From the human T2T-CHM13v2.0 reference genome, Homo sapiens: a DNA stretch of 64,000 bases. Both the position numbers and the translations under genes were made by a program. The stretch lies in the NCBI RefSeq assembly GCF_009914755.1, contig NC_060938.1; one strand, written 5' to 3'. The notes beneath the pieces were generated by a model. It saw nothing but the letters and a program-made list of their open reading frames with translations. It did no database searches and was not told the origin of the DNA. Shown in pieces: positions 29,336 to 47,849 of this stretch (position 1 is its first letter; each line of letters opens with the position of its first letter).

Positions 29336-29565
29336 AAAAACAAGAACTCATTGTTCTTTGGGACAATATCAAGTAGCATAGCATATGTGTATTGAGATTC
29401 CAGGACAGGGTGGGCCAAAAAAATACTTGGAAAGATAATGCCCACCTTTTTTTTAATGGAAAATATCAACACACAGGTCCAGGAAGTTTAACAAATACCA
29501 AGAAGGATAATCACAAAGAAAACTACATCAAGGCACATTGTAATTACATTGCTAAAAACTATTGA

Positions 29566-29640
29566 TGTATACATATGTAAGTAACCTGCACATTGTGCAC
29601 ATGTACCCTAAAACTTAAAGTATAATAATAAAAAAAAAAC
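29566..29640 (+). mobile_element. Very short L1PA 3' terminal fragment inside an older L1M remnant
   Basis: TGTATACATATGTAAGTAACCTGCACATTGTGCACATGTACCCTAAAACTTAAAGTATAATAAT plus poly(A). Confidence 0.85.
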
Positions 29641-30546
29641 AACCAGAGAGACAGATACGTTACATATGGGGGAATATAAGACAATGAAATGACATCTTTA
29701 AATCACTAGGGGATGGGAAGGACCTTCTAATCTTCATCAACCTGTAATTGCATAACCAATGAACATGTACTTCAAAAACTAAGGTGAAATAGAGACATTT
29801 TCTTATCAGCAGATCTGCACTGCAGGAAAGGTTGAAGGAAGTTCAAGATGAGAGAAAATGATACCAGATAGAAACTGGGACTTATAGAAAGAAATAAAGA
29901 GTACTGGACACGGTAATATATAATATGGGAAGTCTATTTTCAGTACTAAAATCATAATATATCTTCTAAAAAGTCCAAATGTAGATGTTTTAGGCAGTCA
30001 ATAAGTCAATAGTCACCATTATTAGCTTTCTAATTTTATGTTTTTCTTTAAAAAATTATGGCATTCACTAGATTGTGTATGGAAAAAACTGGTTATGAAT
30101 ATTAATATATGACATTTAACTCATAAAATCTTTATTATACTATGCTTCTCTTTTTCTGATTTCTTTGGCTAACTTATTAGAATATTATGCTTAAATGAGC
30201 AGAAATATAAACTTGTGTTCACACCTAAATAATATTTTTATAGTAATTTCTTCTCTTTTTATAGTCTTAGTCTTTCGATTTACCTATGATAGCATTCTTC
30301 CTTTCCTAGCCAACCTGCTGATTTCACTCTTTCTCATCTGTACTTTCAAGCCAATTATTAAAAATAGAATTTAAGAATAGTATTAAGGAAAATCTGGAAA
30401 GAAAATATTTCTGAGTTTCTGCAAATATTTCATTGTTGTGATAATACTGTTTATGTAATTTTATATCCCACTTTTAAATCTAACACTATACTGTAGTTTT
30501 TATTTTTATATCTCTGCACAATATTCCACTCAATAGCTTCTATTCC

Positions 30547-31595
30547 TTTTTTATTTTTATTTTTATTATACTTTAAGTTTTAGGGTACATGTGCACAACG
30601 TGCAGGTTAGTTACATATGTATACTTGTGCCATGTTGGTGTGCTGCACCCATTAACTTGTCGTTTAACATTAGCTATATCTCCTAATGCTATTCCTCCCC
30701 CCTCCCCCCACCCCACAACAGGCCCCGGTAAGCAATGGCAGCAAAAGCCAAAACTGACAAATGGGATCTAATTAAACTAAAGAGCTTCTGCATGGCAAAA
30801 GAAACTACCATCAGAGTGAACAGGCAACCTACAGAATGGGAGAAAATTTTTGCAATCTACTCATCTGACAAAGGGCTAATATCCAGAATCTACAATGAAC
30901 TCCAACAAATTTACAACAAAAAAACAAACAACCCCATCAAAAAGTGGGTGAAGGATATGAACAGACACTTCTCAAAAGAAGACATTTATGCAGCCAAAAG
31001 ATGCATGAAAAAATGCTCATCATCACTGGCCATCAGAGAAATGCAAATCAAAACCACAATGAGATATCATCTCACACCAGTTAGAATGGCAATCATTAAA
31101 AAGTCAGGAAACAACAGGTGCTGGACGGGATGTGGAGAAATAGGAACACTTTTACACTGTTGGTGGGACTGTAAACTAGTTCAACCATTGTGGAAGTTGG
31201 TGTGGCAATTCCTCAGGGATCTAGAACTAGAAATACCATTTGACCCAGCCATCCCATTACTGGGTATATACCCAAAGGATTATAAAACATGCTGCTATAA
31301 AGACACATGCACACGTATGTTTATTGCGGTACTATTCACAATAGCAAAGACTAGGAACCAACCCAAATGTCCAACAATGATAGAATGGATTAAGAAAATG
31401 TGGCACATATACACCATGGAATACTATGCAGCCATAAAAAAGGATGAGTTCATGTCATTTGTAGGGACATGGATGAAGCTGGAAACCATTATTCTCAGCA
31501 AACTATCGCAAGGACAAAAAACCAAACACCGCATGTTCTCACTCATAGGTGGGAATTGAACAATGAGAACACTTGGACACAGGAAGAGGAACATC
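30547..31595 (-). mobile_element. 5'-truncated, 5'-inverted L1PA (about PA4)
   Basis: Antisense tail and 3'UTR at 30547-30729 joined to a sense ORF2 end at 30730-31595 (ORF 30735-31559); TSD TCTATT(C/G)CTTTTTT. Confidence 0.93.
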
Positions 31596-32476
31596 TATTG
31601 CTTTTTTAAAAAAATTATTCTATTGCCAGTGATTAAGAGCTTTTTTTCAGTTTGGACATTTTGGCTAGAGGATAGGTGGCTTCAATGAATCATTCTGTGT
31701 TCTTAAGTTTGTTGTTGCATTTATTCTTGTGTAATTTTTCTGTTTCTGACCTAAGGCTGGTTCTTATCTCATTTGCAACTGTATAGTCATTAACATCACA
31801 GTAGTTTATTTTCTCAACTGTTCCTCTTTGCTTCCTTTTCTACCTGCCACATCCCACCTCTAAAATGTGTAACCTCATTCATTCTGTAGGGTCCAATTCA
31901 AATCTTACCTTCTTTATTTAACTATACCTGAACCTCTCCACTAAACCTCTGTGGCACAGGATAAATAGTAGATGTTTGATAAATATATATGTGTGTGCAT
32001 GTGTGTGTGTGTTTTGACTTAAAATTGAACAATAGAAAGTGTGGTCACTTAAAATTAAATTAAATCTGGAACTAGTCATTTAATTTACAAATGAATTTAG
32101 CAACATTATTTTTCTCCTAACAGATATATTTTTCATCAATCCTAAGACTCAATCTCTGAAAATAGCATGATATTTTAAAATTTCTGATTGTGGCTATCAT
32201 CATATAGCTATAATTACCCACTTACGCACTTCAAAACTTGCGTAAGTGTAAGGGTGTAAGTGTCTTGAAAGAAATTCTGGGGAAAGCAGTAAGCATTCTT
32301 TTAAGATGCAGTGCATTACCAGTTCTCTTGATCTTGGATAATGTTGTGTGGTAAAATATGACATATCAACAACTGGTAAGTGAAAAGTGATCCCAAAGAG
32401 TTGGACTCTAAATGTGAAGGTTTAGGAAAATCTTAATGATTTAACCAGTTTAGATAGTTTATATTTTCCCCTTTTA

Positions 32477-33062
<586 letters not shown>

Positions 33063-33549
33063 ACATACATGTATATATTTTATATAATTTTTGTTGTTAT
33101 CTCTGTTAAAAATGTCCATGAACTGCTGGAGTTTATTTTTAATCCAAGATTCTATTAGTAACAAAATATTTCCATCAATGTATAATTATATTTTTAATAC
33201 AGTATTGGCTTTGGAAATTTGTTAAGAGCCTTTTGAAAAACCTAAATAAATTATATTGACTAGCTCTCCTTTGTCTACATTTCTAATTAACCCCTCCCAG
33301 AAGGCTAATAGAATTTTACTAAAGCTTCACACTATAAATAATGGAATCCAAGGTAGCAGCAATACAACAAAACAAAAATTCCAGTTAAGAGTTCAGAAGC
33401 CCCACCCAAAGTCATTATCATCCATTTACAGCCACTACATTATTTCCCTTGCATCTGACCATAAATTCACAAGAATTATGACTTTCAGCTAGGGGATATG
33501 AAATGGGTGGGTGAGAGCTTTGCAAATAATTTAATCACAGATGAATAGC

Positions 33550-33712
33550 ATATGTATGTTTATATATGTATGTATGTTAAAAGGACATATGACATTTATA
33601 TCTTATACACAGTAAAATTTGTATGTATGTATATATGTGTACAAGATATATATGTATTTTGTACATATATAATGTATGTGTGTATGCATGTGTGTATGTG
33701 TATACATGTGAT
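33550..33712. repeat. TATG-rich low-complexity tract
   Basis: Seen directly. Confidence 0.8.
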
Positions 33713-33964
33713 GATTATGATGAGTTCACTGTGTAGGGAAGGGATAGAGGCAAAGAAGGGGGTTGGGAAAGAGAGACCTGAGAGTATTCAGGGCAGAGAA
33801 GGAAATACGTGCAATTACGTGGAAAGAAGAAATGAAGCTCGTCCCATGTGAACCTCAAAATTCAACATCTCTGAAAACTTGACTCATCATCTACTCCTAC
33901 TGTGGGATGGAAGGAGAGGAGAATAAATTTTGGACATATATTTAGAAAACAAAATCACCAGAAG

Positions 33965-34135
33965 ACAGTGTGGCACAGTGGCAAGAGCACTGGCTATGGA
34001 ATCACCCCTGACCTTGAACCCCAGCTCTGCCTCCAACCAGCTAAGTGACAGTGGGCAACTTAACCTCTTTGAGTCTCCATTTTCTTATTTGTAAGATGGG
34101 TGCAGTAATAGCAGCTATCTAACTTGGCTGCTGGA
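33965..34135 (+). mobile_element. MIR SINE
   Basis: CAGTGTGGCACAGTGGCAAGAGCACTGGC..CCCAGCTCTGCC..GGGCAACTTAACCTCT..TTTCTTATTTGTAAGATGGG. Confidence 0.78.
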
Positions 34136-35620
34136 AATATGAGTCCTTACTAGACTCCACAGAGCAACCCTTTCCTGTGACCCCAGTCTCTTCACCTCTC
34201 TAGGCTCCTTGCCCCAGCAAGAGGCTCGTGCTTCACCTATCAGCTTAGGCTCCTCCCATCCTTTTTCATTTTTTTAAAGCTTCCTACGAGCTTTGACCTT
34301 TTCTAGCCTTATGTCTGTCTTTGTTTTGTTGCACATTACTTCATCTTGGATCCTTGATGGCAAATGCCTGTCAGTACTCTTCTCCAAATGATTTTCAGGG
34401 AGCCCAATCTCCATAAAGCATTAGTGGAATAGGATTACCTAAGAAAAAGTGCCCCTAGGGCCAAATAAATTTGAATAAGTATGGGTTAAAGAATATTAAG
34501 CCAGGTTATTTTACTAGGGGATTTCTCAGATGTGCTAATGTGCATTACAAGACAGGTAAATCATGTAAAGTTTTACACAAACTGAACTGACCATATGACT
34601 TTTTTAACTGAAGAATCATATGACACTAGTATTCCTCAAAACACATTTTATTAGAAGGGAGACAATGGTTCAAACAGTTACTGTATTCATTATTTGCCCC
34701 ATTCCCTGCCTTTTGGGAAACCTAGTCTGGGGCTCCTGACTCTCCCCAACTGCCTCCTCACAATAGTCAACTGAGCCATAGTTGGCTGAGTTAAAAGATG
34801 TTCATTCAGTACAAGAAGACTCCAGTTAATATAGGAAAGTAATATTAAAATTATCAATGGTCATCGACAAGATCAAGATGAAGATGGTTCTACCTGATAG
34901 CGAAAACTTTAGAGTAAACTGTAGATAGAGTCAGTCTTGGGAAACAAAAGAAAAACACAAGGCGAGTCCTGACATTCCAAAAAGCAAGGAGCATTGCTAC
35001 TAGTAAATGTCAGATTAAAAAAAGCTTTTCTCCAGGGTTATTTTTAAATCATTTTAAGATTCCTGTAATAGCCAAGAATTTACATCATTTTTGATAACTA
35101 CATGACAACTTAATTATTCTAGCCAGAGAACTACAAATTACTAGCAGATCGTAAGTTAGGATTTTGAGTCTCATGCTTTACATTTTACAGACCTGAGAAA
35201 TCTAGCTAGTGGAAATATTCCAAGTCTTTAAAACATGATTCTGGGATGAAACAAAGTGGCAATTTTTAAAATATATATTTTAAGACTGATTTTACCTCTT
35301 TTGTTGTGATTTTATGATGAGCAATTTATAAACATAAACATTAATATATTTAACATGATATAGCTAATAACCAGTTCTTCCATGCTCCTATCTAAATGCT
35401 AACATTTAGACACCATAGTAGCAGGTGTCTAGGCTTCAGATGAAACAGGGACTCAGTCCCATCAGCATCTCGGGGTTGGTAAAACTTCTATGTGTATTTG
35501 GCCTGGGGACGGGGAAGCTCACAAAGCTCTTCTCTTCTCCCAGAGATTCTCTCTTTTATTTTGCACCAAGTTTTCTAGTGGGTAGAGCCACAGGGTTTAA
35601 AAGCTCTAAAGATAAGCCTC

Positions 35621-37103
35621 CCTATCCATGAGCATGGAATGTTTTTCCATTTGTTTGTGTCATCTCTAATTTCTATGAGCAGTGTTTTGTAGTTCTTCTT
35701 GTAGAGATATTTCACCTAGAAATACCAAAGTTTTAGGTATTTTATTATTTGGTGGCAATTGCGAATGGGATTGCATTACTGATTTGGCTCTCAGCTGACT
35801 GTTGTTGGTGTATAAAAATGCTAGCGATTTTTGTACATTGATTTTGTATCCTCAGACTTTGCTAAAGTTGTTTATCAGCTAAAGGAGCTTTTGGGCCAAG
35901 ACTATGGGTCCAAAAGGGTCTAGATATAGGAGCATGTCAACTGCAAACAGAGATAATTTGACTTCCTCTCATTCTGGGCCTAGGAATGAGCAAAGATTTC
36001 ATTGCAAAGATGCCAAAGGCCATTGCAACAAAAGCAAAAAGTTGATAAATGGGACCTTATTTAAGAGCTTTTGCATAGCAAAAGAAACTATCAACAGAGT
36101 AAACAGACAACTTACAGAATGGGAGAAAATTTTTGCAAACTATGCATCAGACAAAGGTTTAATATCCAGAATCTATAAGAAACTTCAACGAATTTACAAT
36201 AAAAAAAAAACCCCATTAAAAAGGTGGCACAGGACATGAATAGACACTTTTTCAAAAGAAGACATATATGCAGTCAACAAGCATATGAAGAAATGCTCAA
36301 CATCACTGATCATTAGAGAAACGTGAATCAAAACTACAATGAGATACCATCTCACACCAGTCAGAATGGCTATTACTAAAAAGTCAAAAAAATAACAGAT
36401 GCTGGTGAGGTTGTGGAGAAAAAGGAATGCTTATACATCTACCAGATGGTGAGAACTATAATATGAAAACAAATAATATGTGGGTGGAAGTGTAAATTAG
36501 TTCAACCATTGTGGAAAAGTGTGGTGATTTCTCAAAGACCTAAAAACAGAAATAACATCTGACCCAAAAATCTCATTACTGGGTATATACCCAAAGGAAT
36601 ATAAATCATTCTATCATAAAGACACATGCACGCATATGTTCATTGAAGCACTATTCACAATAGCAAAAACATGGAATCAACCTAAATGCCATCAATGGTA
36701 GAGTGGATAAAGAAAATGTGGTACATATACACCATGGAATACTATGCGGCCATAAAAAAGAATGGGATCATGGCCTTTGCAAGAACATGAATGGAGCTAG
36801 AGGCCATTATCCTTAGCAAACTAATGCAGGAACAGAAAACAGCATGTTCACACTTATAAGTGGGAGCTAAACGATGAGAACACATGGACACATAGAGGGG
36901 AATAACACACACTGGGGCCTATTGGAGAGTGGAGGATGAGAGGAGGGAGAGGATCAGGAAAAATAACTAATGGGTAAAAGGCTTAATATCTGGGTAATGA
37001 AATAATCTGTACAACAAACCCCCATGACATAAGTTTCCTATATAACAAACCTGCCCATGTACCCCTGAACTTAAAATAAAAGTTAAATTAAGAAAAAAAA
37101 AAA
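35621..37103 (+). mobile_element. 5'-inverted older L1PA (about PA13-16)
   Basis: Antisense ORF2 at 35621-35970, then sense ORF2 end and 3'UTR (GATCAGGAAAAATAACTAATGGG) to poly(A); flanks AAAGATAAGCCT and AAAGATAGGGCT. Confidence 0.88.
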
Positions 37104-38197
37104 GATAGGGCTTTCTTTCTTTCAACTCCTTTTTCTTCTCTGCTGGAGTTCTAAGCCAGAATCTGTTACAACATACAAGGGAATATATTATTTCCTCTTG
37201 TCCCTCCTTCCACCTGGCTGGGCCAGGACTAGACCCCAGTTGTGGCCCCAGTTGTGGCTGAGGGAAAGCACATTCATGTCATGTCCCTCTGTGGTGTCTT
37301 CCAGCCAGGTCCTGACAGGTGTGTGTTAGGTCAGTCTCTAATGAGAGCTCTAAGATCAGGATGTGTCCTGGGTGACATGTTAGGGGGATGGGGGAGGAGG
37401 AAGTGATGAGTGAGAGAAAGAAATCTGAACTTACAGCTTCCTTGGTCTGAAGCCATATGGTCTAAGTGGCTTACAGAAAAAGGAGGGCTCCATAAAGCAG
37501 AACCCACCTTACCAGGCCCTCTTAAAATAGGGATGAGAGTCTGAGCCACAACAAAAATTAGAATGAGACTTTCCTTTTCTCACCATTATTCCTGTACATT
37601 GACCTCCCTTAGAGATCATAGGGAAAGGGCTGGCTATGAGTAAACTCTAGATTCCATGGTCACAGTGACCTCTAATAAAAGCCTCCTTAATGACCATGGG
37701 TTGCTCAAATAGAGTTAAACAAGAATCTAAGTGCTTCTGATTTCTCTGGAGCCTAGAAACCCTACTGCAAAACAATCTAATCATCTCTCTCCACAATTAG
37801 ACTATTGATATTCAAATAATACATGATATGTCTAGTGTAGTGGCTGGGGTTGGGAGGGGTCACAGAAGCCAGAAGGGAAAAATAAGTGCTCCTTAAAGAA
37901 ATAAGAAGTAAGGAAAGTCTAACACAGTGGACATCACCACAGGACATGAATGTCAGAAAAAGTGGGGTTTGTAGGGACATGTGAATTCAGACTTGAACTC
38001 TTCCAGCTCACACTCACCAGAGAGCCAATGCATCCTGAGAAGGAAAAGGCTGAATGAGGCAGAAGGGGAGGACCCAACTAGTGTTCTGTGACATCTGACC
38101 TCTTTTAGAAAGAGGTCTTAGTTGCAAACAACTGAAAAGAAGTGATTGGTTTAAATAGAAAAATAGTTCATGAATGGAGTTTAAGATTCTCTAAAGG

Positions 38198-38455
<258 letters not shown>

Positions 38456-39271
38456 AAGATTCTCCAAAGGCTGGAGAAACAGGATCTGGAGGCAACCTCA
38501 CTGGGAACCATGCCCAAAATCACACTGCAGAGCTCACCACTGATGCTACCACCACAGACACTGCTGCTTGCATCACCAAGACTATTGATACTGGACAATG
38601 GGCCCGGACACCACCTTAGGAACCTACAACTTCACTGCCTCTAAAAGCGGGATACAGCCTCCCTGAACCTTGCTAGAATGGATTCCATTTCTTTAGAATT
38701 CCAGCTCTGGCAAATGATTGACTGATCCCAGGGTCCATATCTGTTCCCCAGCTACTTAGTAGGAAGTAGGGTCTCAGATAGGGACCCTCTTGCCCAAACA
38801 CTGGAAGAATGTCCAAAGGTGCTGATAGCCAATGAAGACTGCCCTGAGTTCATGCATTAGCTACATACTAGAAAGGGAAAGAATTTTCCAACTGGCCAAT
38901 GAGCCTCAGCTAATCAGAGACTGAGACAAAATTTGAACCCAAGCATTTTGGCTCTCAAAGCTACACTTTTATGTAGTAGAGAATTCTACCAAGATAAGCA
39001 AACTTAACCTAAAATTAACAAACTTGTGAGACCTAGACAAATTTAACTCATACACAATTTAAATTTAAATTTAGAGGCATTTTAGTCCTTTATCATAGAT
39101 TGCACAAAAAACCAGAATTATAGTTTATTATTTTTCTAGCTCTGGAAATACCTGTTTCATTGTTAAAGGAGAAATTAATTCCAAAATGTAGCATTGCTTA
39201 TAATGACAAAAAAAAAATGAAAACACAATATGCATTGTGAAGGGAATGGATACATAAAATGTGGCGTGTTG

Positions 39272-40277
39272 CTCCCCGGTTCCAAGATGGCCGAATAGGA
39301 ACAGCTGCAGTCTACAGCTCCCAGCATGAACGATGCAGAAGATGGATGATTTCAGCATTTCCAGCTAAGGTACCGGGTTCATCTCACTGGGGTTTGTCAG
39401 ACAGTAGGTGCAGGACAGTGGGTGCAGCACACCGAGCGTGAGCCAAAGCAGGGTGAGTCATCGCCTCACCTAGGAAGTGCAGGGGGTCAGGGAATTCCCT
39501 TTCTTAGCCAAGGAAAGGGGTGACAGACAGCACCTGGAAAATTGGGTCACTCTCACCCTAATACTCAGCATTTCCAACAGTCTTAGCAAACAGCACACCA
39601 GGAGATTATATCCCGCACCTGTCTCAGAGGGTCCCATGCCCACGGAGCCTCACTCATTGCTAGCACTGCAGTCTGAGATCAAACTGCAAGGTGGCAGTGA
39701 GGTTGGGGAAGGGGCACCCGCCATTGCTGAGGCTTCAGTAGGTAAACAAAGCGGCCGGGAAGTTCAAACTGGGTGGAGCCCACAGCAGCTCAAGGAGGCC
39801 TGCCTGCCTCTGTAGACTCCACCTCTGGAGGCAGGGCATAGCCGAACAAAAGGCAGCAGAAACCTCTGACAGCTTGGAAGACAGTAGCGGTTCTCCCAGC
39901 AGGATCAGCTTGAGATCTGAGAACGGAGAGACTGCCTCCTCGAGTGGGTCCCTGACCCCCGAGTTGCCTAACTGGGAGGCACCCCCAGTAGGGGCAGACT
40001 GACACCTCACACAGCCGGGTACCCCTCTGAGACGAAACTTCCAGAGAACGATCAGGCAGCAACATTTGCTGTTCACCAATATTCGCTATTCTGCAGCCTC
40101 TGCTGCTGATACCCAGCCAAACAGCATCTGGAGTGGACCTCCAGCAAACTCCAACAGACCTGCAGCTGAGGGTCCTGACTGTTAGAAGGAAAACTAACAA
40201 ACAGAAAGGACATCCACACCAAAACCCCATCTGTATGTCACCATCGTCAAAGACCAAAGGTAGATAAAACCACAAAG
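39272..40277 (+). promoter_or_regulatory. L1 5'UTR internal promoter region with YY1 core CAAGATGGC; CpG-depleted
   Basis: Position and sequence match the L1PA 5'UTR; activity cannot be shown from sequence. Confidence 0.7.
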
Positions 40278-41294
40278 ATGGGGAAATAACAGAGCAGAAA
40301 AACTGAAAATTCTAAAAATCAGAGTGCCTCTCCTCCTCCAAAGGAACGCAGCTCCTCGCCAGCAAAGGAACAAAACTGGATGGAGAATGACTCTGACGAG
40401 TTGAGAGAAGAAGGCTTCAGATGATCAAACTTCTCTGAGCTAAAGGAGGAAGTTTGAACCCATGGCAAAGAAGTTAAAAACCTTGAAAAAAGATTAGATG
40501 AATGGCTAACTAGAATAACCAATGTAGAGAAGTCCTTAAATGACCTGATGGAGCTGAAAACCATGGCACGAGAACTGCGTGACGAATGCACAAGCTTCAG
40601 TAACTGATTCGATCAAATGGAAGAAAGGGTTTCAGTGATGGAAGATCAAATGAATGAAATGAAGTGAGAAGAGAAGTTTAGAGAAAAAAGAATAAAAAGA
40701 AATGAACAAAGCCTCCAAGAAATATGGGACTATGTGAAAAGACCAAATCTACATCTGATTGGTGTACCTGAAAGTGATGGGGAGAATGGAACCAAGTTGG
40801 AAAACACTCTGCAGGATATTATCCAGGAGAACTTTCCCAACCTAGCAAGGCAGGCCAACATTCAAATTCAGGAAATACAGAGAACGCCACAAAGATACTC
40901 CTCGAGAAGAGCAACTCCAAGACACATAATTGTCAGATTCACCAAAGTTGAAATGAAGGAAAAAATGTTAAGGGCAGCCAGAGAGAAAGGTCAGGTTACT
41001 CACAAAGGGAAGCCCATCAGACCAACACCTGATCTTTCAGCAGAAACTCTACAAGCCAGAAGAGAGTGGGGACCAATATCCAACATTCTTAAAGAAAAGA
41101 ATTTTCAACCCAGAATTTCATATCCAGACAAACTAAGCTTCATAAGTGAAGGAGAAATAAAATACTTTACAGACAAGCAAATGCTGAGAGATTTTGCCAC
41201 CACCAGGCCTGCCCTAAAAGAGCTCCTGAAGGAAGCAATAAACATGGAAAGGAACAACCGGTACCAGCCACTGCAAAATCATGCCAAATTGTAA
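40278..41294 (+). pseudogene. L1 ORF1, disrupted (ATG GGG AAA TAA plus further stops); C-terminal half open
   Basis: ORF 40734-41294 KRPNLHLIGVPESDGENGTKLENTLQDIIQENFPNLARQ...QNHAKL. Confidence 0.95.
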
Positions 41295-41357
41295 AGACCG
41301 TCAATGCTAGGAAGAAACTGCATCAACTAATGAGCAAAATAACCAGCTAACATCATA

Positions 41358-45182
<3,825 letters not shown>

Positions 45183-45588
45183 ACAATGAGAACACTTGGA
45201 CACAGGAAGGGGAACATCACACACCGGGGCCTGTTGTGGGGTGGGGGGAGGGGGGAGGGATAGCATTAGGAGATATACCTAATGTACATGACGAGTTAAT
45301 GGGTGCAGCACACCAACATGGCACACGTATACATATGTAACAAACCTGCACGTTGTGCACATGGGCCCTAGAACTTAAAGTATAATAAAAAAAAAAGAAA
45401 AAAAATGTGGCACGTTGTATGATGGAATACTACACTACTTATGAGGAACAAATTTTATCAGCATAAGTCAACATGGCTAGAGCTAAAAAGTATGTTCCAT
45501 GACAAAGGCAAATTGTTGAACAATATGCAAGGTATAATATATTTACATCTATCTTTGAGACACACAAAACAGTATATTATAGTGTTTA

Positions 45589-46069
45589 TGGTAAAAAAGA
45601 TTCTTTGGCCAACCTTTATTCATTCTCCTGAACCTTTTCATAAGCCCATCTGTGCACCTCTTTACAAAATTCAGTTTTAGCAAAGAACCTTGCTAAGTCA
45701 GTTTAGCAAGAATGCCCACCCTTGATATCTAACCATGCTCAATATCTGACCGAGTTCATCCTCCACTATCTCCCAGGTGGCGTCTGATCACTCTGGCCCA
45801 TCTTCAGCAAGAATCCTATTAGGTCACTTTAGACAGGAAACCCCCTTACCCCTGACGTTTTCTCTTAGTAGTTTTCCATCCACTGATCCCCACTCTGCCC
45901 CTTGGCTATAAATTCCCACTTGCCCATGCTGAATTCAAAGTTGAGCCCAATCTCTCTTCCCCACTGCAAAATCCCATTGCTGTGGTCCCAATGCATGTCA
46001 TGATGGTCCTGAATAAAGTCTTCCTTACCATGCTTTAACAAGTATCATTTAATATTTTTTTCTTTAACA
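45589..46069 (+). mobile_element. MER31-like ERV1 solo LTR within an old L1M 3' fragment
   Basis: CAGTTTTAGCAAAGAACCTTGCTAAGTCAGTTTAGCAAGAA..CTTGGCTATAAATTCCCACTT..AATAAAGTCTTCCTTACC..TTTAACA. Confidence 0.78.
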
Positions 46070-47222
46070 ATAGGCAGATAGATGTATAGTCAAATTACCA
46101 AAGGAAAGAAAAAGCACGAACTAGAAGAACACACACGAAATTCATGATAGTGGATGTGCTTGGGAGGGAAGGAGATGTACGGGACTGAGAAGGGGTACAA
46201 ATCTGTTTTTAATACTTTATTTTTTATTAAAAGTATTTGAAGCAAATGTAATGGAATAACATTTTTTCATTCTGGATGGTGGAACATACATAAATTTTTT
46301 TCCAAATGAAAGAAGAAGGAGGAAAGAAAGAAGGAGGGAGAATATGGAAAAGGAAGAAAAGAGGGAGAAGAAATGGATTTCAGTTTTCAGATAGACAAGG
46401 GATTTGGTTTGTTCAAAGGAAATTCCTCCCAGGTGTCCTGTCTGTAACTCCTTTAAGCTCTTGCCCCCAGCTCAGCCACACAGGTCCCACCTAAGCAGAA
46501 ACTCCAGCCCAAATCAATAGCCTTGGTTTTGAACAACTTAAATTCTTCCTGCTTTTGGATCTTCATTTCTTTCCTGTTCACTCTTGACTTTGTTCCATGC
46601 TACTTTTTCCTGAGAGCCTGTCATTTCCTGGCTTCCACCTGGATCTTCTTGATGAAATCCTGTTTTTCTCCTTACTTGTGCCATCTCTGTCACTTCTGCC
46701 CAGTCCCCACTCCACCCCTAACTTTTATTTACCCAGGTAGGGGTGTCCACCTTTCTCTCACCAGACAGCTTCTGGCCCTGAAAGTGAGTGGGAACCAGGT
46801 AGTAACCAAGAAAGTAGGACTGAGCTGGGGTAGAGCTTTCCTGATACTTCTCTTTAGAGCTCCCACAAATCAGTTAGGGGTGCGGGCTTTCAATTAAGAA
46901 TTTCCAACACTGAAAAAAATCCATTTTAGAAAAATGTAATTATGGTATATTTGGAATTAAGATGAATTGTGTATTTGTAAACAGAGGTTATTAAATACTA
47001 TGAAAGACAGGGAAATTTAAAACACCAGCTAATTTAGAATTTTCCTTTTTCAATGAAAGTATGCCTGTGTTGAGACTGATGTTACCACAATAGTACCAAG
47101 CCAAAAAAAAAAAAAGTTTTTCTGCATTTGTTACAATTGCCTGCAATTTAAAGAACAACATGGATTAAATAGGATTTTATGAGTTAGGGTGAGAAATTAG
47201 TCACTCTCTTTAAATTATTCAT

Positions 47223-47509
47223 GGACTGGACATGGTGGCTCACATCTATAGTCCTAGCACTTTGGGAGGACAAGGTAGGAGAATCACTTGAGCCCAGGAG
47301 TTCAAGACCAGTCTGGGTAACACAGAGAGACTCCTTCTCTACAAAAAAATTTAAAATTAGCCAAGTGTGGTGGCATATGCCTGTGATCACAGTTACTTGG
47401 GAGGCTGAGGTGGGAGAATCTCTTGAGCCCAGGAATTTGAAGCTGCAGTGAGCCATGTCAGTGCCACTGCTCTCCAGCCTGGGCAACAGAGTAAGATCCT
47501 GTCTCAAAA
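47223..47509 (+). mobile_element. AluJ
   Basis: Dimer with J-type TTGAGCCCAGGAG arms. Confidence 0.9.
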
Positions 47510-47849
47510 GATAGTAATTATTATAATTTTGTGGGAAATTTATTTTTAAATTCCAAAGAAGTGAATCACCAACTAATTTGTGAATGTATTTTTAATTCCC
47601 GTCCTATGCTAGACAATAAACAAAACACACAGCACAGCCCCACTTTCTCAAGAAACTTATTTCTGTGCCAGAAAAAACCAAAATGGAAGTATTTTTCTAT
47701 GAGTTTTTGAAATGAGATTGTTTGTTTGCTTTGGACATTTTAAATGAAGGCCTCCTAGATTTAATCATTTTTGGAGCAGCCAATGTGTAATGAGGGCATA
47801 GATAAGGGGTAGATGAAAAACACAAAGTATGTTCCCAGCCAAAGTAATA

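Noticed and set aside
39650-39724. L1 antisense ORF0 (starts MAGAPSPTSLPPCSLISDCSASNE)
   Set aside because: The ATG is present but a TGA follows after 24 codons, so it is not intact.
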